This document shows, one piece after another, positions 38,178 through 52,118 of a stretch of DNA of 64,000 nucleotides. Under the pieces are notes generated by a model. It ran no database searches and had not been told where the DNA came from. It saw only the letters and a program-made list of their open reading frames with translations. Numbering within the stretch: position 1 is the first letter of the stretch; every line of letters starts with the position of its first letter. Location: contig JBPGPT010000002.1 of NCBI GenBank assembly GCA_051047955.1, forward strand, positions 682,001 through 746,000, given 5' to 3'. The translations under genes and the position numbers were made by a program. Source of the DNA: Cystobasidiomycetes sp. EMM_F5 (taxonomy: Eukaryota).

Positions 38178-38933
38178 TCATAATCGCTTTTCAGGCGTGA
38201 CCTTGATCATGAGCGGCCATTTCGTTGATCTTTGCACTACTTTGCCTTCCTCGTCTATATCTTCCCAATGCGGATTGAACCAATACACGTCCCTGAAGCC
38301 GTATCTCTCATATAAGCCCATGCCTTGTGGAGAACTCGTTAAAGCCATAGTGGACCCTTTGTCCGCGGAGCCGGTCGACATAGAGTCCAGGGCGTGTTGG
38401 AGAAGCTTCGCTCCAATCCCGAGGCGTTGATAGCCATTGTGAACGAACAGATGACTCAAGTACCTTGGTAGTATGGTATCAAGCTTGACCAAGCATAATT
38501 GTCAACATACTCACCAGCTGTCATCTCCATAGTACTCTACCTTGACCCGAACGCCTTCCTGGCGAATCTGCTCTGCCAGCTCGTGATTGACTTCCGGGTC
38601 TCGGTCGTCATCAGTCTGATCGTTGTTTTGAACAACTCTTTTGTGCTTGTCCGCAGGATCTTGATATATCGTATAACCAACTATCTGCTGCTGAGCGGGA
38701 GCTGTCCTAATCGTAGCGACGATGAAGGTCTTGGCCGGATCGTTGAATTCCTTGAGCAGATCTCGCTCGTTTCGTGCGAATCTTTCAGACTGAGTAACGT
38801 CGGACCGCCTCAGCCGCCAGGGATAAATGGACGTGTACGTCAGACAGCGTTCTCCCCATATTTCAGCACACGAGGGTAGATCCTGCGACTGTGCCGGTCG
38901 CAGCGAAAGTGTCGAGATATCTTTTCTGGCCAT
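38178..38933 (-). CDS. GNAT-family N-acetyltransferase (2 exons)
   Basis: YLSHLFVHNGYQRLGIGAKLL acetyl-CoA motif A; SSPQGMGLYERYGF motif B; N-terminal LRPAQSQDL. Confidence 0.9.
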
Positions 38934-39258
38934 GCCAGTGCCAGACTTGACTGCATTATCTTAATCAGCCTAGCTCACGCTTTGTTAAAATTGTACATCC
39001 CTCACACAGTGAGGGCCAAATTCAGATAGGTTACGCAAAGGATGTCAGTGGAAGCCTTCGTTGATGGATATCAGAGTATAGTGGAAGCAGGAAAGCGAGT
39101 GAGGCGTCGCTGACTGTGGGCAGAATAGTTAGGCGAATTGCAAATGGGAAACGTAGGATGGACTCTGAAGCGAGTGACAAGCCGAAATTCGTGGACGACT
39201 GCAGGACTGTCAGGTCGGTTGGCTGTTGATCAGCTCGGCAATTGCAAAAGATGCGCAA

Positions 39259-41338
39259 ATGTCGAGCAATACAGAGACTGCCCGCTCTCCTTACGCTGTC
39301 AATGTCCTCATCTATGACGGCCCCGGCGTGTCGCCTTCCTGCCTGCTTCATCTTCGAAAGACACTGACCGCGCTGCTGTCGCCTCGGTATGATATACTCA
39401 CCGTCAGCCCAAAAGCGATAATATCAGACCCATGGACGACAAACTGCGCTCTTGTCTGCTTTCCGGGTGGTCGCGATCTGGGATACCTCTCTTCGCTCGG
39501 TGAAGCAGGATGCAGCAGGATTGCCGACTGGGTCCGCCAAGGCGGTCGTTACCTTGGACTATGCGCTGGCGCTTACTTTGCATGCGGGAGGGTCGAGTTT
39601 GAACAAGGCCGTGCTGGCTACGAAGTCATCGGTGACCGCCTATTGAGGTTCTATCCTGGGACATGCAAAGGAGCAGCTTTCGATGGCTTCGTGTATGACA
39701 CAGAGGAGGGCGCACGAGACGCGTCAATAGATTTGGACTCTGATGTATGGGAGGGCGTGCATGCTAAAGTACCTCTGCCAAATACAATGCATGTCTATCA
39801 TAACGGGGGAGGCTTCTTCGAGGAGACAACCTTTGATGACATTACTATACTTGCGCGCTATACGGACCTCCCGAATCGTCCGCCGGCCGGCGTTCTGTGT
39901 CGAGTAGGATCTGCAGACGCTGGTAAAGCTGTGTTATGGGCCATTCATCCCGAACACCCGCCCGTCAATGACACACCTTCTCCGGCCAAAGGTTCGTCAT
40001 CAGAAACTCGGATACATGCAAGCATTTCTCTCATGAAAGCTACGCTACATCTGCTGGATCTCGACATACCAACAGAGAGACAAGCGCTCATTGGAACTAC
40101 ACCGCTGTTCCTGGCCGCAAGCGAACCTGAAACAGCTGCATTACTGGCAAGCGAGATTCACTCGCGCTTCCCAAACAGCATACCTCCAGAGAGATACATC
40201 GACCTACACGACACCTTCAATTTCTACGGCCAAGCGGAAATGGACTCAATATCTGGACGAGTGCGCAGGATCGAGAACAACGATCTGGATGTTATTGTTT
40301 GCGAGAAGGGAAGTCCGGAGCCTTACAGAACTCCCATATTCGACATCGCCTCCTACCTCTCTCTGCTTACAGCAGCAAGATTAAGCAAAATCTCAAGCTT
40401 CAAGCCCAGTTTTGGTTCGCCTTTATTTTATGGCGAAGTCGTTACGTCAACGCAAACGGTGCTTGAAAAGTATGTTTGTCTCGATTGTCTTATCTTGCCC
40501 TTGTTGACTAAGTCTGTCTGATACAGGAACCCCCGCCTCTTGTCAGCGTTACCATCCGGCTTTGTTTTCGTTGGTTCTCATCAGATAGCGGGTCGCGGAC
40601 GTGGTACCAATAATTGGCTGTCGCCTCCCGGATGTCTGCAGTTCTCACTAGTCCTGCGTGCACCGAAGTCACTCGGCCCAAAGCTCGTGTTCGTCCAATA
40701 CTTGTTCGGTTTGAGCGTGATCGAAGCTGTTCGAAGACTGCACGGCTACGAGAATGTCGACATGCGCTTGAAATGGCCAAATGACATATACGCTGATCTC
40801 GGCGAAGAACATGGAGGGCTGAGAAAAGTCGGAGGAATTCTCGTGAATTCGATGTTTGCTGGAGGCGATTTCACAGTCATTATAGGTCAGTTGGCAAGCC
40901 CTTCAATGCCAATCTCTCGTACTAAATTTCGATGTAGGGTGTGGAATCAATACTACAAATTCCGGACCGACAACGTCTCTGCTGGACCTCATCACCTCCC
41001 ACAATCACAGAACGGGCGCCAATCTACCAGCAATATCGCAAGAACAACTGCTCGCGAATATTTTGGCACAGTTCGAGTTGTTCTGGTCTCTCTTTGAATC
41101 GGAGGGCGACTTTGGTCCGTTTGCTCGACTCTATACGAATCGCTGGCTACACTCCGATAAGGAAGTAGTGGTACAAGAGACAGGTCAACGTGTCCGCATC
41201 ATAGGCCTCACGCCTGAGAACGGCATGCTCAGAACGCAAGTTCTAGGCTCTACCGATGCTACTCCGACTTTTGTAGACTTACAGCCTGACGGTAACTCCT
41301 TCGACATGATGCAAGGTCTCCTAAAAGCCAAGCGTTGA
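39259..41338 (+). CDS. BPL1: Biotin-protein ligase / holocarboxylase synthetase (BPL_N + catalytic domain)
   Basis: NVLIYDGPG, FPGGRD, YLGLCAGAY, VTSTQT, QIAGRGRGTNNWLSP, KWPNDIY, KVGGIL, LQPDGNSFDMM. Confidence 0.95.
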
Positions 41339-41415
41339 AAACTGCTTACATCCGCTTGTCCAAACCCGAACTTGTCGTTATCAGAGCGAGGTGTCATTCG
41401 GTGACCGTAGACAAA

Positions 41416-43354
41416 TTATGCTGAGGCATCCGAATTCTCTGTTGCCGCCCCCGCAACAGCTCTGTCTTTCTTCCTGGAAGATGCTTTGGCATTCTTCAAC
41501 TCGGCCTGCTTGCGTTTACTTCGCTTAGAGCCACTGCCGCCACCAATCGAGCCAACTGTAGCCGAAACGTCCTTTCGGTCTACTGGCTTTCTTCGCAACT
41601 GCTTCTTCTCCTTTTGCGATGGCGCAGGTAAAGCAAGCATCCACTCTGGCACTTCGCAGCCTGAATTACGCATGACATTCACGATAGACCTCAGGAAGGC
41701 CGCATCATCTCGCGTGAAGAAAGTGACAGCGCGCCCTGTGCGTCCAGCTCGTCCAGTCCTGCCTATTCGGTGGATGTAGCTCTGCACGCTTTGTGGGAAG
41801 TCGTAGCTGCATAGCCATGAATCAATTCAAGTTCGAGGGGACGGCATGACAAGAGCGAGACATACTTTATAACGAGCTCGACTCCACGGAAGTCGATACC
41901 ACGGCTCATGACGTCGGTACAGACGAGCGCCCAGATTTGACTGTCGGCGAATCGGCGGACTAGAGAGTCGCGCTCTTCCTTTGATCTTCCGGAGTGCATC
42001 ACGTCGCTCTTGACATCGTAGGCAACCAGCTCTTTGTAGAGATCTTGCGCGCGGTCAATGGATTGTACAAAGATGAGCGTTGGTGGAACCAGACCTCCAG
42101 CCTTGATCATGTTTCGAAGGGCTAAAAGCTTGCCATTCTCATTGCCTGCAAATGTCATTTCTTGCGTAATGCTTCTCGACGCGGAGTCACTGCGGTGCCT
42201 TGTCAGTATGCGGCGGATGAAGTCTCAACAACCTTTCTGACCTTCCACCGATAATGACTCGCACCATGTCGCTGCCCATCACACTCTTTGCTAATTCTTC
42301 CACGCCAGAAGGAATCGTAGCGCTGAACATAGCCTTTCGCAATTGGGCATTCTGACATGCGGCGATAATTTCGTCGGTTTGTTCCAGTAGGCCCAGCTCG
42401 AATAAGCTGTTTAGAAAACGGCATGATCATGATCAGATATCTGAACAAGCACGAGCACAAATGTCAAAAGCTTACCGATCAGCCTCGTCCAAGACCAGGT
42501 ACTGGATACGGTCAAACTTGATCTTTCCCGCTTTGATGGCGTACACCATCTTCAGGGGAGTTGTGATCAGAACATCGGCTTGATTTACTACTTCGTCATC
42601 GTCCAATGTGCTGTCTTCATCATCCTCGCCGAAGATCGCGACCTTCCATTCGTCTTCTGCGTGTAGCTTGCTGGCTTCGGTGTAGACTTGCCGCGCCAGT
42701 TCCCGAGTTGGCTCCACTACCAACGCCATCGGCCCTCTGCTGCCCTCGTTGTCTGCATCTCTCGCTAAAAGCAGCAGAGGCAGCAGAAACGCCAATGTCT
42801 TTCCAGATCCAGTTGGTGCACATGCGAGCAAGTCACGCTCGGCGTGAATGATACTTGCAGCTTGCATTTGAATCGGTGTCGGACCAACAATAGCCATAGC
42901 CGCTAGATTCGCTTGCACATCTTCGCTCATGTCTGCGAACTCTGAGAAGGTAGGCCACAATGGTGGAATATCGCTGCCTGTACATCTGATGCGATGCATT
43001 CTGCGAAGAGTTGTAGAGAAGTCGGAGGCATCTGTGACTAATTACTTAGCTTACGCATAGACAGCACGTATTGATACACTACCTTCGACCCTTTCGCTGT
43101 CTGCGTTCACATTTTTTCGTTTTCGTTTTCTAGTAATGCCCGCATTGCCAGTCGCCTCGTTATGATGCTCTTGCACCAATCTGCTTGTACTTGCTACTGG
43201 CTTGCGATTTCATTTCCGTCAATACTGTCCAAGCAATCCATAGACGCAGTGGCGGACCTACCTGGCTTTCAGCAGGCAGAGTTGGCTGGGGTGGGTTCTT
43301 TCTCTTGAAGCGCGTTCCAGCAGTGAGCATACGGAATGCGCTGGATGTGTCCAT
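41416..43354 (-). CDS. ROK1: DEAD-box RNA helicase Rok1/DDX52
   Basis: [11 protein letters not shown] start; [58 protein letters not shown]. Confidence 0.92.
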
Positions 43355-43459
43355 GTTGCGGCAGTCTCGCCCTTCAATTTCAATAACGTGTCAAGCAGAG
43401 ACAAAGCGAGTCGATACTTTGAAACGTTTGCAAGACGCCAACTGGCCGGCGCCAATACT

Positions 43460-44523
<1,064 letters not shown>

Positions 44524-44873
44524 GGCTTCGGAAGCTTCGGAAGTGCGGAGTGTTTTGTACATCTAAGGGCAGCCTTTTGGACGAAACGCTTAGTGCAAAC
44601 GGCCATGTATGGAAGTCTGATACACACAATGGGTCGATCAACTCTAGCGAATGTATGTGTATTTCTCGTAGGGATTGCGCAACTCCGCGAGCTTCTTGCC
44701 CGCTGTTGTCCCGAAGACTAGCATTTGCAACGGTTGGTTGACGGGCGCTTGTGACAGAACATATTATTAGTTAGGATGAATGGTGTGTGTAGGCTCTTCC
44801 GATGCAGCCATGCAGCCCTTGCCTTGACTGTCTTTTGCACATATACCAACACGACGGCACTTGCAATCAGCCC

Positions 44874-46862
44874 ATGTCAAAGGACAGCCATCTGCTCAGT
44901 GCAACGAGCGATGGCGAGCCATTTTCTGCTGAAGATGATGATACTGAAGGCCCGTCCAAGATAGTCCGCCAGAATGCGTTATCATCATCAAAGCGGACGA
45001 TTCGTCTGCAGCCTCTCGAGCTGGAGATGGACCCGGTAGTCGCCTGGGCGTACCGACCATCTGTACTGGTCATACTGTCCATCATAGCTGGTTCCACCGT
45101 CCTTTTCGCTTATCACACAGAGAATCTCGTCGTACCTCGAAAGGTCTGAAGCTGTCCACAATTGACAGGTTTTGTCACTGAAACGCCACCACTTCAGGTC
45201 AAGTCTCAAGCTGGCCTAATCACAGCCCTGCTAGGGTTTCTCTTAGTCTCTGTCATCAACTTCCGCGATGGTCCCTACAAGCGTCCTCACCCAGCAGTCT
45301 GGCGTTCGTTGAGTGCACACGAAGACAGACAGGGTATGCTGATATAATGGTGTTGCACAGGAGCGGTTCTCGGGAGCAACGTCCTGTACTGTATGACTCT
45401 GGCGTATCTGCTTTGGCAGGATGACGCGCACGGACGCGAATTTGTACAATATTTTGACCCGAGGCTCGACCAGCCCGCGCGCGAGCGAAGCTATGGCCAA
45501 AATTGCGACTTTACGCTTAACAATCTATACAACGGTCTGGATCTGTTTGCATTGGCGCACTTTGTCGGCTGGTTCGGCAAAGCTGTGATACTCCGAGACT
45601 TCTGGTTCTGCCTGGTTCTGTCTGTGATGTTTGAAGTATGCTTTCAGTCTGTCAATCCACGTAAGAACAGGTTTATGCTGACGTGTCTGTTACAGATTAC
45701 CGAACTCTCTTTGAGTCATCAGATTGCAAACTTTCAAGGTGAGCCCGGAGTCTGCTGACGCAAGTCTTGCTGAGGCGAATGCACACATGGCGAATATGCT
45801 GCAGAGTGTTGGTACGTCTCGCTGAACTGATCGTCTAATGTGATACAACACGCTGATGCACCTTTTCAACTTGTCAGGTGGGACCGATGGATCCTGGACG
45901 TTTGCGTATGCAACCTTGGTGGGACGATTCTCGGCTTGCTTACGTGCCATTATCTGGATGTAGTCGTGCGTCTATTGCATTTTCCGGGCAACACATGTCT
46001 TGAGACTCTTCTCCAAATCTATTTGTAGCCCTTTTCATGGCAAGGCTTCCGCAAACGACGATTTGGGCGGATGTTCGAGCCACTGACTCCCTCAGAATGG
46101 ACGCAATTCGAATGGAAGAGTACAAAGCGGTTTCGCAATTATCTGTCGATCGTCTGTCTTCTCTCCACCTTTCTCCTCAGCGAACTCAACGTCTTCTACC
46201 TGAAGTAAGGTTTTTGGCAAACAAACGGTCTCGTTTTATGAGACTGATGTTGTGTTTCAAAGACAACTTCTCTGGCTGCCTGCAGAACATCCGATCGTTA
46301 CGATCCGGCTAGCTGCCACTTTCGCGTGGGCACTCCCTGCAACGGTGAGTGCCAGCAGTGTTTCATCGCAAAATTGCTGACTGACGCTCAACATTAACAG
46401 GCGGAGTTCTATCATTATGTAAAGCAACGACAGACTCGGGAGAAAGAGGCACTAGCTGATAATATGACAGGTCACATATTCTAAGCGAGTGAAGCGCTTA
46501 GGGTCACATGCAGTCATGCTGTTCAGCACGGTTGCCCTCGAGTCACTGATAGTGCTCAAGGTTTGTCTCGTCTGCGTTGTATGCCAATCGGCATTTGCTG
46601 AGTCCATTTTCAGTGGTCCACCGGCAAATTTCCGGAACCCGCGTCGAAACGTGTCAAGGTCTTCTGGACGGTATTCATAGTTGCGTTAGTAGCGTATCCC
46701 ATCTTCAGATTTGGTCTCCGCAAACAGGTCAGTGCCGGCAAAGCATCTGGGCGGAACACACCAACAGGGCGCAGCACACCCGATGGATCCAGGACTCCAA
46801 CGAGTGCCTCATCTTTCATAACCCAGCAGAAGGCTAGGGCCAGCGATCGTAAGATACGGTAA
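44874..46862 (+). CDS. Phosphatidylserine synthase, base-exchange (PSS/PTDSS) type, about 11 exons
   Basis: Spliced [92 protein letters not shown]. Confidence 0.9.
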
Positions 46863-46980
46863 CGAATGCAGACTTGACGAGCATTCCACATTACGACCAT
46901 TATGTCGAGAGATTAATTGCATGTAAAACGCACAACTATCAACATCACTCCTTCGAGGTGACGATAGTACATACATCCAA

Positions 46981-48120
46981 TCAGGCAATGACATCAAGCC
47001 ATTTGGTTCTGCCTTTATCCCTTATGATACTGAGAATCTGCATGATCACTGAAGGTCCTAAAGCGCGCGCTTCAGGATCCATGTACGAAGCAGATGGCGA
47101 TAGTTGTTCACAGTCTGCAAGATTCAGACTTTCCAGGTCGTTCCATCGATTGCTCCAATTCAGAGACGTGATATCCTCCCAGGATAGCCACGGCGAATGC
47201 GACAAATCTAGGAAGCGTAATGACGGAAGCGATTTGCTGAGTGCCCGCAGAGGCGAGAATAGGGTGCATGTCATTCCGGATAAATCGAGGGAGGTGAGAG
47301 ACGTGGCTGCTAGCAGATTTACCAGACCGGCATTGACATCAAGCGTGCTGTGCGACAGAACAAGCGTACGCAAACGTGGCATGCGGCGCAGTGGATCTTT
47401 GCCCTTGAGCATGCGATTTACCAACAGCAATCTAGCCAGCATGTTTTGGCTGACGGTGCTGCCGTATAGATCGAGTTCCGACAGCAAACGCTCAGGAGGA
47501 AGGATTTGTGTATTGAGGGGTCCTTCGTCCCATTCAGTCTCTTCGGGTGCGCTTGCGCTACCTAACACATCGTCATCGTCATCCCGCTCGAGCAAGAGTG
47601 CCTCGACCTCGCCATCGTCTAGCGGAGATATATGCGGCGCATAATGCACAAGCGCTATGCGTAGAGAAGCGGGAAGGTACGCTACTTCGTCCAGCAATTC
47701 CGCGTCATCGTGTAGACGCTCCAGAATGCAAGCTAGACATTCTTCTCGGAGGGTAGATGGTCTGAATGCGGGAGGCTTGAGCACGGCAGAGTTAGTTGCC
47801 CGTTGTCTCGTAGCAGACCGGGCGGCTGTACGTTGTGGTTTCTTGTTGTTCTGGAGCTCTTTCCACCAGGATTGCGGCACTGGACCCGCTGTTCGCGATC
47901 TTGACGCGGCCTGCAGTTCCATGGCTTGACCTAGCTCGTACAGCATACCGGGCGTGAGGTCTGACCTGCTGAGGCTGGCTGCTGATATCTGACTGCCCCC
48001 GTCGACGGCATTGCGAACTCGAGTCCGACGATTACGTTCTTCGATGCGATAGGCTTCAAGTCGGGCTGCGACAGCATTCACCGCATCGCTGGGACTGGAT
48101 GCTGGGGCTCTCCATGGCAT
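46981..48120 (-). CDS. Leucine-rich-repeat (RNI-like) protein
   Basis: 379-aa ORF with LRRs LSELDLYGS, LRTLVLSHS, LTSLDLSGM, LRFLDLSHSP, LESLNLADC. Confidence 0.8.
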   Translation of the reverse strand: MPWRAPASSPSDAVNAVAARLEAYRIEERNRRTRVRNAVDGGSQISAASLSRSDLTPGMLYELGQAMELQAASRSRTAGPVPQSWWKELQNNKKPQRTAARSATRQRATNSAVLKPPAFRPSTLREECLACILERLHDDAELLDEVAYLPASLRIALVHYAPHISPLDDGEVEALLLERDDDDDVLGSASAPEETEWDEGPLNTQILPPERLLSELDLYGSTVSQNMLARLLLVNRMLKGKDPLRRMPRLRTLVLSHSTLDVNAGLVNLLAATSLTSLDLSGMTCTLFSPLRALSKSLPSLRFLDLSHSPWLSWEDITSLNWSNRWNDLESLNLADCEQLSPSASYMDPEARALGPSVIMQILSIIRDKGRTKWLDVIA

Positions 48121-48582
48121 GAAATGAGCGCTGGGTCACCACCAGGAGCAATCAACAAAGCCGCTTTTGATGATGTCCGTCAATTGGATTTCCGCTGCAT
48201 CGGAGTTCGGGTCAGCCCGACTTTCAACTGCAACCCAATGCCGCTTAGTAACGCATTTGCCTTCAATGGTCGCAGTGTCCCGGCTGCAGGCAAATACGCG
48301 AGACCCGGAAGGGGGAGGTACCGCCAAACACCGCCCGCGTGAAATGATGGCCGCTGAGAAAGAACTGAAGCTGTCTCTTATTTCTCGAGAGTCGCATCTT
48401 ACTTCTGCAAACACACTCTTCTCGTCTTTTCTTCTCGCTTCCCCTTCTGCTCCTCAGCCGATAGACGTAACCCCGCAAATCTCAACCCCGAGGTCGGCAT
48501 GACTCATCTCGCAAACGCAACAGAGGATAGGGTTGGCTGACTTGCCCTGCGCATCGCCTTCACGTTATGTGTACAAGCAGCC

Positions 48583-50420
48583 ATGGGATTCCAGCACTGG
48601 ATCTCCTCGGCGGCTAAAGCCGTGACAGGCTTCTTCAAGCCACCAACAGTCGACGTGCATGACAACAATCCAAGAGTCTTTCCGGGCGGCGAGACTGAAA
48701 ATGACGCTGCCCGAGCTTTCGAAGGTGCTGCACAGGCACTGAATCTTCCGCAGACTGCTGCCAACGTTGGCCAAGTAGCAATGCACGAAGCCAATCCTCC
48801 ACAAACTTCGGCCAATCTCTTACAAGGAGCAGCACACGAAGTCAATTTTCCACAAACTTCGGCCAACCTCTTACAAGGAGCAGCACACGAAGCCAATCCT
48901 CCACAAACTTCGGCCAACCTCTTACAAGCAGCAGCACACGAAGCCAATTTTCCACAGACAGCATACAACCTCATGCAAGGAGCTGCACGCGCAGCCGACC
49001 TTCCACAGACTGCCGCCAACATTGGCGAAAACGCCGTCCATGAAGCAGTGCAGAGCAAACCCGCTGACACTCTGGCAAGCGGGGCCTACCATTTTTTTAC
49101 GGGCACTGGCATAGGCAGCCTGCTCACAGGCGCCGGATCGCTGGTCCCTGGTTGGGGGAAGAAGAACGAGGCCGAGGACAGAGGGAGAGCTGCCCTACAA
49201 ACTGCAGCCGGCCAGCAACGCCAGGCTGAAGCTCATGGCAGAGCTGCAGAAACTACTGCCGTGAGTCAGAGAGCACAGGCCGAGGCTCATGCGAGAGCAG
49301 AAGAGGCTACAGCAGCGACAATCAATCAGCAGCGTGCTGTCGAAACGCAGCAGCGAGTCGAAGAACACGTCCACCGACGCAAGCTCGCTATTCCAGCGGA
49401 TCTGGAGGCAGAAGAGGCGAGAGCACTTAAAATGGCCAGGCGTGGGGCCGATGCCTTGGAACTAAAGATCGATACATTTGCTCCTTCCGTTGATAATAAT
49501 ACGACAGTAGAAATCGCAGCGATTGTCGACGGGTGAGGCTACTGCCTACATTGACGCGTGTTTGCTCGTGACAACAAAACTGAACTAGGTAGCAATAACA
49601 GAGGTATTGGAACGCCTCTCGCAAAACACATGGCGCAACAGTTGGACTTGGTGATAGCCGATGTGAGGTCAGCCCTTCTACAGCAATCACACTATGACCT
49701 GACGGTATTTGAAAGGCAACACACAAATATGGTGCTGGGCGTATTGAAAAGCTGGGCAATGTTGGTGTCTTCGAAAGCTTGGAGCGAATATGGTCTGTCA
49801 GACCACGTCTTATTGGTCAATATAATCAAACACGACTATCCATACTGAAGAAATTGGGGCTTAGCCAGACAGTTCCTGGGTTGCGCGCTTATATCCGTCA
49901 AGGTGCACGGTGGGATGCCATCTATCTGCGCATGGAGCTCGTCATACTTTACATAAGGGACCCAGCAATAAACTCGTCGAATGGTTTTAAGCGTCTCGGC
50001 GCACAGCGTGTCCGGCACGCAGTAATGTGTGGCAATGTCGTAGACCTGCGCAAGAGCATCAATGCAGTTTATTTTACCCCGCCAAGTATTCACTTCTTGG
50101 GCATTGTTACAGATGAACTTCCCCAATTCGTTATAAAGGAAATCTACACGAACAACGAAACGACCCGAGACGGTCATTTCCGCTTCGTCGCGCTCGGAGA
50201 AGGACGTCCGAAGGAAGCGACTGCCGACCAAGTAGGGGACGATGGAGTCTACTATGAAATACTCAGACAAAGCGTTCCTCACCTACGGCAAGAAGCCGGT
50301 TCCGATCGCAAAGATTTAGCCACAGCCTACTGGGACCTTAATGACTGCACTGAAGGCCTGGCCTTCGAACGAGAAGGCAGGTACTGGACACGACCGTTCG
50401 AAGGCGGTGACGAGATGTAG
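48583..50420 (+). CDS. Orphan protein with 17-aa tandem repeats, Gly-rich hydrophobic segment, coiled coil and globular C-terminal domain (3 exons)
   Basis: ORFs 48583, 49558 and 49779 are joined in frame by two GT-AG introns of about 60 nt (VDG/NNRGIG; VIAD/ATHKYG). Confidence 0.6.
48733..49038 (+). repeat. Coding minisatellite, 6 x 51 bp
   Basis: Unit cacgaagccaatcctccacaaacttcggccaa(t/c)ctcttacaaggagcagca; units start at 48733, 48784, 48835, 48886, 48937, 48988; central copies near-identical, flanking copies degenerate. Confidence 0.92.
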
Positions 50421-50766
50421 GCGAATATGGGGGCATCCCAGCATGATTGCCTAAGGCCGTACGGCTGATGCATTATCGATGAATATCCAGATTCTATCCT
50501 GAAGCGCTAGCCGTAAAGGCGAGCAGCGCAGCACCGGAGACTCCTCCCGTATACGAGAAGACATGAGTACCGACGGGTCTTCTGTCCAACCCCTCAAGCG
50601 ATCTACCCAGTTCCCTTGGGCATTTCCGATCCACGGGAATCACTCAACGTTGTATCAGTATCAAAGATTCATCAAGCGGTATGTGTTAGCAAATTGCAGT
50701 CCGGCAGCTTCTGCTATTTTTAGATGATTACGATGCTGATATTTGTATACATAATTGCCAATGGAT

Positions 50767-52118
50767 CTAACCCATTCTGAAGTACCGGTTTTATGTATCA
50801 AGAATCAGGTACCATGTGAAACACAGCAGGAGTCTTACGCACCTCTGACTAAGATCATCTGGCGGGTACTTGCTTTGAGCAAATGTCATTATACGCTTGA
50901 GGCTCTGAATATATTTCCGAGACACTTCGTCATTCAATACATGCGCGACCTGATTTGAGTGAATCTTCTCTCTTGAAGACCGTTCGTGAATACCAACCAT
51001 GGTAACACCGATCGGCCAAGGTGCATTTCCGATACTCAAACGCAGATACGAGTCGGTCGCACGTAGGTACTCGCGCCTTTGCATGAAATGGACAATTTCC
51101 GCAAGCGCTTGCAAGACATCCGGCTCGAGCTCTCGCTTCCTTAGAGACTTAAGTAGCGGTTTGATGTATTCTGCGGACTGCATCTGAGTAGCTGCTGCCA
51201 GCTTGCCGTTTGTGGATCGCTTGATGGCGTCTGTTGAGGCGACAGCCTTAGTAAGAGCATTTACCTGAGGATGGAGATCCATGACTGACCTGGCCGTTCT
51301 TGCATGGCTTGCTCCCACTCCTTCAGCATTCGCTTAATTCCATAGTATATCTGAGGATACACCTTCCGAGGATCGGTCTTTACGAGAGCCAAGTCGACCT
51401 GAGCATGCTTTTGGTCATCGTTGCCCTCGTCTTTGGCCACTTCGTCAGGTTCTGTATCGGATCCAGCACCGGCACTAGGTTCCCTCGAGTCTGTCGCTTT
51501 CAACTTTGCAATGGCCGGATTACTTGCAGTATTCGACCTCCTTTGCAATTCCTCCAGATCTAAACCCTTGTCCATCCCTTCCAGTGCTTTTCGGAAATCG
51601 TTCTGTTGACCGTCTGTACGCTCTTCGATGAGCTCGAGTGCGCGTAGGCGCAATCTTCTGTCCTTGTCGCTCTCGCCAAACAGCCTTATTGGCTGACCCT
51701 TCCCTCGTAACCGACGTATGGCTTCGGCGTTTGAAATGTTGAATGCTTCAGGTTTGCTTGACTCGAGTTTCGACGTGCTCGCTACTGGAGTATTTTCTCT
51801 GTCTAATCCCGTCGTATGTTGGAGTTCGCCTGCCTCGTTTGCCTTCTCTGCCTGCTTCTGCAAACACTCTGAATCAGCCATGTGGCTATGAATTGCAACA
51901 TCCCAACATACCTTTGCAGCGGCTTCCAATTCCTTGCGTGCTTTCCTCTGCTGCCATGTTTCCTTTGACCTCGCAGCTTCCGCCCTCTTGCGCTCCTTCT
52001 CTTCGCGCTCCTCACGTTCTATGTCTCCCTTGCGCAAGTACTTCTTGCCGTTGCTGCTGGCATAGGCGGGCTCATCGGCCTTGCGTTTTCTATCGACCTC
52101 AGCTCTGAGGATGTCCAT
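50767..52118 (-). CDS. PRP18: Pre-mRNA splicing factor Prp18
   Basis: AIRRLRGKGQPIRLFGESD (PRP4-like motif) and YLRLSIGNAPWPIGVTMVGIHERSSREKI..AHVLNDEVSRKYIQSLKR. Confidence 0.95.

Noticed and set aside
39178..39258. Possible non-AUG N-terminal extension of BPL1 for mitochondrial targeting
   Set aside because: The upstream in-frame stretch is short and not convincingly presequence-like; no evidence of use
44525..44543. gcttcggaagcttcggaag short tandem/palindrome after the DPM1 stop
   Set aside because: Too short to distinguish from chance; no function inferable
48733..49038. Repeat array as a possible CRISPR
   Set aside because: Contiguous in-frame units without unique spacers, eukaryotic context, no cas genes
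48504..49070. Cys-rich repeat ORF on the minus strand (looks metallothionein-like)
   Set aside because: Antisense reading of the 51-bp repeat; the plus strand has an ATG, a longer frame and spliceable downstream exons
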